In this document: one piece after another, positions 47,801-56,240 of the stretch
Numbering within the stretch: position 1 is the first letter of the stretch
Layout of the letters: every line of letters begins with the position of its first letter
IMG/VR virus record: IMGVR_UViG_3300028550_004390
Location: 2,734 to 66,733 of that record
Strand: one strand, 5' to 3'
DNA from: a virus
Length of the DNA: 64,000 bases
Position numbers and translations under genes: made by a program
The notes under the pieces: model-generated
Databases searched by the model: none
Told to the model about the DNA's origin: nothing
Seen by the model: the letters and a program-made list of their open reading frames with translations, nothing else

Positions 47801-47810
47801 TATAAATATC
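47801..47810 (-). promoter_or_regulatory. putative late promoter GATATTTATA
   Basis: Exact motif. Confidence 0.6.
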
Positions 47811-47817
47811 AAGCTAT

Positions 47818-48210
47818 TTACTTTGTATGCACCACATCATGAATGGTCGTGTTTATACGTCGTAGTTCTTCGACATTTGTTGTTAATAAACAGTTTTGAT
47901 AATCATTCCAGTCCACCTGAAAAGTAGGGTCTAACTCATTTCCATTTACAGATCTGATTAGGGTATTCAGTGCATTGATTGTGTATAGGGTATTGGTGTG
48001 CCTTTTCCTATGTAGAGATATTGTACTGCCAAGAATATTGAAATCCACAGCGGATGTTACATTGTACGTACACATGTAATCATACTGTTTATCTGCATTT
48101 TCTAAGACAAATATTTTACTATATAGCACATCATAATTCTCGGTTATTGAATCTAGAGTCTGATCTAAACTTTCACCGAAAGTAAATGTGCATAGGAGTT
48201 GTGATTTCAC
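47818..48210 (-). CDS. conserved phage hypothetical protein
   Basis: 130 aa, GTG start; LLCTF...HRKRHTNTLYTINALN. Confidence 0.7.
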   Translation of the reverse strand: MKSQLLCTFTFGESLDQTLDSITENYDVLYSKIFVLENADKQYDYMCTYNVTSAVDFNILGSTISLHRKRHTNTLYTINALNTLIRSVNGNELDPTFQVDWNDYQNCLLTTNVEELRRINTTIHDVVHTK

Positions 48211-48215
48211 TTGTA

Positions 48216-50300
48216 TTATTTCCTAGCAGCCTTTACTTGTAAGCAATCTCTCATTCCCTTCCCAAACCCGGTAGCGACCTTTTGGGAGGTTCCAGCGGTT
48301 CGCCAGGTATCATCAAATAGGTCTTCGCCTTTTCCACTTTCATCGTCAATTGTAATCCTGTCACCACCTGGTTGCACCCTACATCTTTTTCTTAAATGGT
48401 TTTTAAGTGCTGCCTTGCCTTCTGTGGTTGAGCTATCACCTTTAAACCCACTTCGTTCTCCTACACACTTTCTTATCATAGATGGCTTTACTCCGTTAAT
48501 TCCCATTTGAAGTAACATGCCATCGTCTGAGTCCATATCGATATATGTGTCAATATGACATGCGTCTAGAACCCCACTGATATATCCCTCTTGATGTGGA
48601 CCATTATCAGCATCCGGATTGTCTTTCGAATATCCATCTGGTTTGTCTGCTTCTACCAAATCGTTAACTGCAGCAGCGTGTGAACTTTTGACTACGTCTT
48701 TTTCCGTTTGTTTTATCTCTGCAGATGCTTTGACACTCTCGTCATCGAAATTTAATGTTGGATTGTCCCTTTTAAACTTACCATCTGCTGCAAACTCTCC
48801 CACTTTAATAGCAATTTTGCCATATGTTGTGTATGAGGGACTTTTCCCTTCAGCAGTAAGTTTTTTTGAATGAGCATTCATTTCAGTTAAAAGTTCTTTA
48901 GTATCCATCTTGTCAGGATCTAAGCCGTTCTTTTTAAGATGAGCTCTAAACTTTGAATTTTCCCTTAACTTTTTGATGTAGGGTTTCATTTCTTTTGATT
49001 CGCACACAGCAACAAAGTCATCAGTAATTTTAATGTCGCTTGCTGATTTAACAGTATTTTCCTTGACCTCATCAACTTTTTTTATATTTTCCTGAAGAGA
49101 TTTTATTACTTCTTTGGCAACCTTAGGCCCATACTTAGTTTCTAGCTCGCGGAAACGTTTACTAGGTGACGAGTTGTTTTGAGGATCTCGAATCTGATCG
49201 TCTTTTTTGTTAGATATGCCCATATATGTAGTTCTGCCTTTGTCGTCCTTACCTACAACATAGGTGTCATGATATGATTTGAACTTGGAAAAGTTTTTCA
49301 GTTGCTTTTCAGCGTATTTCTTATCTTCAGGAGTTTTAGCATTTTTTAAATTATCTTCCAAATGGGCTTCAACTGCTTGGTCTGCTTCTGGAGTAGACTG
49401 AACTGTCACGTTAGGCTTTGATGTGTCTATTGACGACTCCTCTATAGATTGCTTAGTTGATAATGCTCCATCATAAGCAGTTTCCATCCATTCATCATAT
49501 GCTTTATCGTTGCTATTAAAGCCTTTTTTACCTTTTTTATGGAATACACTCTTTGGATCTGCCTTAGCTTTCTCCTTTTGCTGTATGGACCAGACTTCTC
49601 TTTTTGCAAGGTAAGCATTGAATTCAGGAGAATCGGGTTCTAAACCTAAAGCTTTAGCAGTTCGGGAATCCTGTTTAGTCTTTGGCCTATCATTAATTTC
49701 TTTTTCTTTTTTTAATATAGACTCTTTATTGTCCGAATCAAATTTATCAAAATCAGTGTTAGTAGCCTCACAATACTTGGACTCTCCTTCACTAGCTAGT
49801 GCACCGCCTGGACCGGCAATACCTAAGGCCCTGTTGGTTTGTACGCCATTTTGGAATTCTACAAGAACATCTAGATTCCCAGAGTTTAGGTCATCTAAAA
49901 CTTCCTTTCTAGTAGGTCCTTTAGGATTATCCTTATGAGTTTTATCCTTTTCACCAAACTTACTTCTATCAACATTTATTTTAGGATCTTCTTTTGGGAC
50001 ATCATCCTTATCTATTTTAGGGTCATTTTTAGGTTCCTCTTTAGACTTTTTTGGAGAGTCTCCAGGACTTGACCCGTATGGTTTTCCCACTCTTCCAAGG
50101 CCCCTATTCTGAGAATTATCAACGTACGTACGTTCTTCTGTAAGGGTTTCTATTAATTCATTAATAGCAGGTGTAGTCCACCTATGCATAGTGAGTACTA
50201 CTTTTAATTCTTGTAGATGTTCGGGATTGTTAAAGTCTGGAGTTCCATCTTCTAGTCTCCAACAAAGTTCTGTTATTATTCTATTAAAATCCATAGGCAT
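48216..50300 (-). CDS. large hydrophilic hypothetical protein, possibly virion-internal
   Basis: 694 aa Lys/Asp-rich; late motif at 50311; LIETLTEE after an N-terminal helical domain. Confidence 0.7.
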   Translation of the reverse strand: MPMDFNRIITELCWRLEDGTPDFNNPEHLQELKVVLTMHRWTTPAINELIETLTEERTYVDNSQNRGLGRVGKPYGSSPGDSPKKSKEEPKNDPKIDKDDVPKEDPKINVDRSKFGEKDKTHKDNPKGPTRKEVLDDLNSGNLDVLVEFQNGVQTNRALGIAGPGGALASEGESKYCEATNTDFDKFDSDNKESILKKEKEINDRPKTKQDSRTAKALGLEPDSPEFNAYLAKREVWSIQQKEKAKADPKSVFHKKGKKGFNSNDKAYDEWMETAYDGALSTKQSIEESSIDTSKPNVTVQSTPEADQAVEAHLEDNLKNAKTPEDKKYAEKQLKNFSKFKSYHDTYVVGKDDKGRTTYMGISNKKDDQIRDPQNNSSPSKRFRELETKYGPKVAKEVIKSLQENIKKVDEVKENTVKSASDIKITDDFVAVCESKEMKPYIKKLRENSKFRAHLKKNGLDPDKMDTKELLTEMNAHSKKLTAEGKSPSYTTYGKIAIKVGEFAADGKFKRDNPTLNFDDESVKASAEIKQTEKDVVKSSHAAAVNDLVEADKPDGYSKDNPDADNGPHQEGYISGVLDACHIDTYIDMDSDDGMLLQMGINGVKPSMIRKCVGERSGFKGDSSTTEGKAALKNHLRKRCRVQPGGDRITIDDESGKGEDLFDDTWRTAGTSQKVATGFGKGMRDCLQVKAARK

Positions 50301-50310
50301 TTCCTTATAC

Positions 50311-50320
50311 TATAAATATC
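50311..50320 (-). promoter_or_regulatory. putative late promoter GATATTTATA
   Basis: Exact motif 10 bp upstream of the ORF. Confidence 0.6.
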
Positions 50321-50323
50321 ATT

Positions 50324-51322
50324 TCACAAAGCCAAAGGTCTCATGGCATCATAATTCTTGCCATACTTAGATTTGGTTGGTAGACCCATCAGGGCTTTTA
50401 GTTCGAACAATAGGGATTTGCCATCCTCGGGGGCAACGTCAAACAAAAATGAATCATAGGTATATAAGACCAATTTGGTTTTACGATTCTTTAATAGTGC
50501 TTGAATTTTTTCCATAACTTCGATATTCTTTTCTGTCTCATATGCTTGGATCAAATAATTGAATAGCTTCTGAGGAGACATCTCCTCGTAATTCTTCTTA
50601 TAAAACCTTCTGCCAAATATAGGGGTCTCGATGTATCCCCTCTCATTATAACTATCCCATAATTCAAAAATATAGGTCTTAGTCTTCTTAAAGTATTCTA
50701 TGTTCTCAAACTCCTTCGGTATACCTCCATAGAGCACCCTAAACGAGATCCTTTTCGACTCTTCATATTCCTCATTGGTCAGGTTATTAGTGTCAAAGTA
50801 CATTTTTCCGAGATGGGTGTGAACTGAAGATTCTGAGAATTCATAATCAATAAGTCCAGCTATCAGCCTTAGATGGTAGGCATCATAATCAAACTCAACT
50901 AAAACGCCGTCCTCATGTCTACTGATGAACCTTTCTCTAGACTTGTCGTCTTTGTTCAATGCAGCATAGTTTACACCCTTGTTTGTATTCGAAGGTCTTC
51001 CTGTTAGTGTATATAGGTTGTATCTGGAATGTTCTGTGCCTGTGGTGGTAAAGATGCCGCTATCTTCAATTGATTCAAATAACGGAGTGATCTTATCCAT
51101 GTACGTTTCTTCACATACTGCCTTTGGCATACCTTCTAGCACTCTGGTGTTTATGGCTACTTGCTCTCTGTGCTTATTCTTTGGGATAATCATATGGACA
51201 TCCTTTCTGTTCCAATACTTATGGCCAAAAAATTTGAATATTGGTAGTTGAATGGTTTCTAGATCTGTGGCTTTCCCTGTGTTCAGGTAACTGCGAACTA
51301 GAATCTGCTTCAAAATATCCAT
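50324..51322 (-). CDS. truncated DNA polymerase A-family protein (polymerase domain only)
   Basis: TGRPS, DYDAYHLRLI (motif A), KRISFRVLYGG (B), ETPIFGRR, NYLIQ, YTYDSFLFD (C). Confidence 0.85.
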   Translation of the reverse strand: MDILKQILVRSYLNTGKATDLETIQLPIFKFFGHKYWNRKDVHMIIPKNKHREQVAINTRVLEGMPKAVCEETYMDKITPLFESIEDSGIFTTTGTEHSRYNLYTLTGRPSNTNKGVNYAALNKDDKSRERFISRHEDGVLVEFDYDAYHLRLIAGLIDYEFSESSVHTHLGKMYFDTNNLTNEEYEESKRISFRVLYGGIPKEFENIEYFKKTKTYIFELWDSYNERGYIETPIFGRRFYKKNYEEMSPQKLFNYLIQAYETEKNIEVMEKIQALLKNRKTKLVLYTYDSFLFDVAPEDGKSLLFELKALMGLPTKSKYGKNYDAMRPLAL

Positions 51323-51324
51323 AT

Positions 51325-51364
51325 AGCTAATATACGAAATAAAGGCTACAAATAAAAATATTTA
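51325..51364 (-). promoter_or_regulatory. class B promoter upstream of the PolA-like gene
   Basis: gctaatatacgaa...aataaaaatattta. Confidence 0.6.
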
Positions 51365-51907
51365 TGAGGTTATTTTGGCTAAATCATGAGCCGGAATAAC
51401 TAGTGGGAGTTCAGGGAATTTAGCTTTGTAAAGAGCCATAGATTTCTGGTTGGTTTCTATAATGCCAGTTTCCACAATTGTACCACTAGAATTTAATACA
51501 TCATTCAAAGGGCCAGATATTTTCCACACCAGCTTTATTGTCTCATACAAGTTTTTTAAGATTATATCTTTTTTCTTGTAGATAGTATATGTTGGTTTTG
51601 ATACTTCAAATATAGTTTTTGTATACATGTTTTTAACAAAGTATCGGGTTATACTTGAAATTCTGTAATCTTTTTCTAAAGGACTAGGTTTAAAACTTAC
51701 TGGGTCGTCAAGGTGTTGGCCGAATGTAGGATGTAAGCTATTAAATTCTAATGCTTCTACTCCAAATTGAAATTCGCTAAGCCTAGTAGAAGGTTTAGGA
51801 CTGTCGGCCCCTGAATATGGAATCCCTTTGTAATAATGGTATAGGCCCACATACTCATTTCTGGTAGATATTAGTATGAATTCCGAGCCTAGAGTAGAGT
51901 AGATCAT
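51362..51907 (-). CDS. hypothetical protein at end of tail/baseplate operon
   Basis: 181 aa, ATGA overlap; RYFVK...WKISGP. Confidence 0.65.
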   Translation of the reverse strand: MIYSTLGSEFILISTRNEYVGLYHYYKGIPYSGADSPKPSTRLSEFQFGVEALEFNSLHPTFGQHLDDPVSFKPSPLEKDYRISSITRYFVKNMYTKTIFEVSKPTYTIYKKKDIILKNLYETIKLVWKISGPLNDVLNSSGTIVETGIIETNQKSMALYKAKFPELPLVIPAHDLAKITS

Positions 51908-54123
51908 GCTTTGTTTCCGTATCCACCTCCAGTACCAACACCCTTAGTCCATGCTGCGGGTGCGGGAGCAGGCTTTGTGACTCTTAAGACCCTTTCTGCT
52001 GGAGGAATAGGCTTTATTCTTAAAACTGTAGATATTGAAGTGTCCCAAGAATCTAAACTTATACTATGGTCTATTCCAGTTACCATAAAAGTACACCCAT
52101 CATACCTTGCAGGAATTGGCTCTATAGTTAAAGAATGTCCCCATTTAAATCCTCCAATACCATCCATTTTAAATGATAAGTTTATTGGGAGTATAGGGGG
52201 GGAATTTTGTACTGCATCTTCGTATCTACTAAATGCCTCTAGGCCCTTTACCGAAGCTTTCATAGTGTCTATAGTGTCAGGATCTACACCTTTGACCAAA
52301 GCTAACCAAGCATCTGTATATTGCTCCTTAAGGTTTTTCAGGTCTGTTTCCCAATCGTCTGTTATATTAGTTTCAGCTGTGCCATTTTCATCTTCTTCAC
52401 ACTGATTTACTACTTTCATTTCCATTTCACCCCATCCCGGAGTTGCATCTGTGAGACCTATTCCAAATAAGCTAAACTCATCATTATTAGGGGGCTCTGA
52501 TCCATTTGAGGTTGTTGGAACTTTTGCATTTGAACCATACATTATTTGTGCTTTAATGTCATTAGAAACTTTGGTGTCTAATGTTACATCTTTCATTATG
52601 CTGTGATTCCCATAAATACTAAGTGGATATGCTGAGACAGCCTTTCCTAAAGATTTAGCATCAACGACAGTCATTAAAGCAGGGTTTTGGGGAAGTGGTG
52701 TAACAACTAGTTGCCAATTATTTCCACAAGCTTGATTTATCCCGTCTAAAACTTTATTTACTAATTCCTCAACGGTTTCAGATTCTAAAGCCATTCGGTG
52801 TAGAAATCTGACATTAATACATATATGAGCCAACCACCCTAAATTATCGTATGCAGGGTCTTCAGTTTTCCATACTTTAAAAGGTTCCATTTGGTTAAGC
52901 CCTAGCATTTGTTCAAAGTCTAAAACATCGCCTTCTGCATTAGCCGATTTTTTTTCGTGAACTAAGTCCCAAAAGTTTTGACCAGGTAGCATGCAAACAG
53001 TAGGGTCTGCTGAAACTAATCCCTTCCCTTCATATCCGGGATTTGCAAGAGTTGTCATGCGGGTGTCGAACCTATATGCAGACTTAACATTTCCATTTCT
53101 ATAGCTTGCTGGTGCCTGCTCCCCAGCGGTTCCTCCATTGGTAGAGGTTTCAGAACCAGGGGACTTTGGCAATAAAGCATCGTTTATCAGTTCTTCTTCA
53201 AACCAAGCATAAGTTACAAATTTCTGAGCGGTCATTATTGAGCCTCCTCCTAAAAATGCTTTGAAGTTATCCCATGAATTATTATCATCTTTTTCTTCGT
53301 CGGACTGCTTTTTGTCCATTTTCATTGCAAAGCCCCAGGGCTTGCTATATTTAGATTTAGATTTTCCCATTGGGATTACACCATCAGATGATAAAAGCTG
53401 CTTTAGTTTTCTAGATAAATCAGACTCTTTTGCGCAATTAGATCCGTCTTCCTGTTCTTCAGTTTTACAGCAAACAGCGTCTTGCCCTACTTTGGTGGAC
53501 TCATGAGACATCATCATTTCTGCAGGAGATGAAAATGTTGTGGTACATGAATAAACTCCGTCATTGTCTTGGGTCCATGAAAAATTTGACACCACACCTT
53601 TTTCTGCGCCATAACAACCTTCATTGGTTACAGCAAGTTCAGCAGCTTTAACTAGGAATTTATCAAATGCTAATGCATGGTCATCATCACCCATGATATC
53701 TACCATTCTTTTTCCAGATGGTTTTACCGTCCATCCATACTCAAGAACAACAGTTTTACCAAGAGACATAAAAAGCTTTTCGAGTGCTTCAAGATGGACT
53801 ATGTGATAACATTTATAACTAACCTCGATTTTTTTAAGAGTTTTTAAAGTTCCTGTGTGTTTTATTTCTGCAGATATAAGTCCTGGTGTTGGCGCCATCC
53901 GGGAGTTGGTGTCGTATAAATTACCACTACTTATACTTTCTAAAGATTGATAAGGGCTTTTTTCTTTTTTTTCCCCGTTCTGTCGTACATTTGAAGTAAA
54001 CTTTAACCAAACCATTCTAGCCGTTGTCCAAGCAAGGTTGTCACCTGGAGACTTGGCTGCACTTATTCTATTGGTAAGGGCTTTTTTCAGGTCTGCATCA
54101 ACCGGTATCATTTTCATAGCCAT
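51904..54123 (-). CDS. putative baseplate hub / tail protein
   Basis: Position after the LysM-like gene; LEYGW, DGIGGFKWG...FMVTGIDHSI...WDTSI hub-like C-terminus. Confidence 0.6.
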   Translation of the reverse strand: MAMKMIPVDADLKKALTNRISAAKSPGDNLAWTTARMVWLKFTSNVRQNGEKKEKSPYQSLESISSGNLYDTNSRMAPTPGLISAEIKHTGTLKTLKKIEVSYKCYHIVHLEALEKLFMSLGKTVVLEYGWTVKPSGKRMVDIMGDDDHALAFDKFLVKAAELAVTNEGCYGAEKGVVSNFSWTQDNDGVYSCTTTFSSPAEMMMSHESTKVGQDAVCCKTEEQEDGSNCAKESDLSRKLKQLLSSDGVIPMGKSKSKYSKPWGFAMKMDKKQSDEEKDDNNSWDNFKAFLGGGSIMTAQKFVTYAWFEEELINDALLPKSPGSETSTNGGTAGEQAPASYRNGNVKSAYRFDTRMTTLANPGYEGKGLVSADPTVCMLPGQNFWDLVHEKKSANAEGDVLDFEQMLGLNQMEPFKVWKTEDPAYDNLGWLAHICINVRFLHRMALESETVEELVNKVLDGINQACGNNWQLVVTPLPQNPALMTVVDAKSLGKAVSAYPLSIYGNHSIMKDVTLDTKVSNDIKAQIMYGSNAKVPTTSNGSEPPNNDEFSLFGIGLTDATPGWGEMEMKVVNQCEEDENGTAETNITDDWETDLKNLKEQYTDAWLALVKGVDPDTIDTMKASVKGLEAFSRYEDAVQNSPPILPINLSFKMDGIGGFKWGHSLTIEPIPARYDGCTFMVTGIDHSISLDSWDTSISTVLRIKPIPPAERVLRVTKPAPAPAAWTKGVGTGGGYGNKA

Positions 54124-54425
54124 TATCGTTCTTCCTGGAGTTTTCTATATAATGACTGAATTGTTGTTATTTCTGTAGGAATTCTAAGTTGTATTCCCGG
54201 GGGCACTATCATACCATGCTTGCCAAGACCATTTGCTACTGCTATGATCCACCATAGTGTTTGGTCTTCATAATACTTACTAGAAAGAAGATCTAGCCTG
54301 TCTCCGGAATTACTTATTAAGTAAATATCACTTATGCTTCTTGGGATTTCCGGGTAGATATTGCTTTTTAATTGCCTGGGTTTACCCTTGTAGCGAATTT
54401 CTGGGTTGGATGTGTATCTGCTCAT
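54123..54425 (-). CDS. LysM/tail-X-like baseplate wedge protein
   Basis: GDRLDLLSSKYYEDQTLWWIIAVAN...PGIQLRIP. Confidence 0.85.
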   Translation of the reverse strand: MSRYTSNPEIRYKGKPRQLKSNIYPEIPRSISDIYLISNSGDRLDLLSSKYYEDQTLWWIIAVANGLGKHGMIVPPGIQLRIPTEITTIQSLYRKLQEER

Positions 54426-56240
54426 TCTGTGGATTCTCCAAAATCAGTTTTCCAATATCTAGTGCCTTTGGAAAAGAAGCCCCCATCAGCGTTTGTTAAT
54501 AGTTTATAGCCTAGGTTTAATTTTATTACCATAGGTAATTCAGCTTCTGCGGTTTCTGTGTCGGGTGTCCCTATGTTTATGTCCCAAGGAACATCTTCAT
54601 CTACAGTAAAAGTTATTTTATCTATAATTACATTTTGATCTTTATAGAGATCCCCTAGTGTGAGTTTACAAAATGCAGCAGTTGCAAGACCACCAGATAG
54701 TGATGGTGAAGCCATTTGATAGAGCTTATTTAACCGAATATAGTTTTGTTTTGCTTCTACTGCTGTAAAGGAAACTACCATTAGATCATGGGAAACGTCT
54801 CTAGATACACTATCAAACTTTTGCTGGGCCATTGTTCTTCCTGCATACTTAACTTCTGACCAACTGAATGAAGTGTTGTCAGTAATAGAGCCTAAGCCAT
54901 AAGATCTAAATCTAATAACGTCATCTCCTCTTGTGAGCTTTAAAGTAACATAATCAGATGGTGAGTTAAAAAGTTCGCCATATTTATCGTGTTGACCTCC
55001 TTTAGATTTTCCATAGTCTATAAGACCAAGTCTTGCATATGAATTATCCTGAGTATCGTATTCTGTTCCTTTTCTAAATGACCTAATAGTATTTGAAGAG
55101 TCGTTGATTTTTCCCTTTCTAGTTATGGCCCCATACTCTAAAGCCCCATACTTTATAATAGCATCGTCACCGCTTTTAGCTGGAATGTTAATTGGAGAAA
55201 AATCGTTCTTTTCTGCTATTTTTTTAAAGTCACCTTCAGTTCCTTTTAGGTCTTTATATGAATCTGGACCAGGATCTCCTACTGGTAAAGGTCTTTCTGA
55301 AGGCTTGTATTTATTTGGATAGTCTTTATCAGTTGTAGGGTCAAAAAAGTAGGGTTTATTATTTTTTTCTGAAGCAATCGCCCCTACATAGTTTCCCCTT
55401 TTTTTATATTTGCCTTCATATGAATTATCTCCGGTTTCTCCGATAGGCAGGTTTGTCCCTGTTGGAGGTTGATACATGACAATGACTTCACCATCAATTC
55501 TCGGGGGTTTGGAGGTTCTGTGGGTGGTAAAGCCTATTCCAAATACAGAGTTAGGTCCTCCTAATCCAGACATAGCATTTATTTTTTTGCTACGATTAAT
55601 ATACCAATTGGTATTTTTTATTTTATCAGCTACTTTTTGGATAAATGTCTTGTCTGACCTTACCTCCTCATTTTCAGACGGTGCTATGACTAGCTTTTTA
55701 AAATGCCCGACATTTAGTTGACTTGCTATGCTAACTAGTCTATTTTGTCCGAGAAAGGCTTTGGCTTTAATTCTTTTTTCATAATTAATAGCTTCAAGAT
55801 TAAGGGGTCCTAGACCATGACGATCAATATGAATCCCAAGAGCTCCTGCGGGAATTTGAGCTACAGTAGCCAGAGGATTATATATTCTTCCTGCATTAAT
55901 AGGCCCCGGAGCTAGAAATTCTCCTTTTGGATTTGACAATTGCAAGCCTGCTTGCTTTGCAATAAATAGAAGACCTTTTGGAGATCCCATAAACTTAGCT
56001 ATTCTGCCTGTGTCTATTACAGGAGCAGTTAAAAAGTTTATTTTATTTGAGGGGTTGGATTGCCCTTTTTGGATTCCTCTTTGCATAAATGGCTGAGCCA
56101 TCCATAATGGAGTTCTAATATTTCTATTTTCAGCTTCTGCTCGTATACTTTTAAATGGAGCTGCGCCAATATGAGTCTGGTAGTGGTCTGCCATTTTATT
56201 GGCAAAAGCGTCATTAGTTAAGTTTTCTAAAAATCCCATA
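54422..56240 (-). CDS. putative baseplate/tail-tube initiator protein
   Basis: Directly after tape measure; C-terminal tube-like domain (ITDNTSFSWSEVKYAGR...LTLGDLY...PWDI...LPM). Confidence 0.6.
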
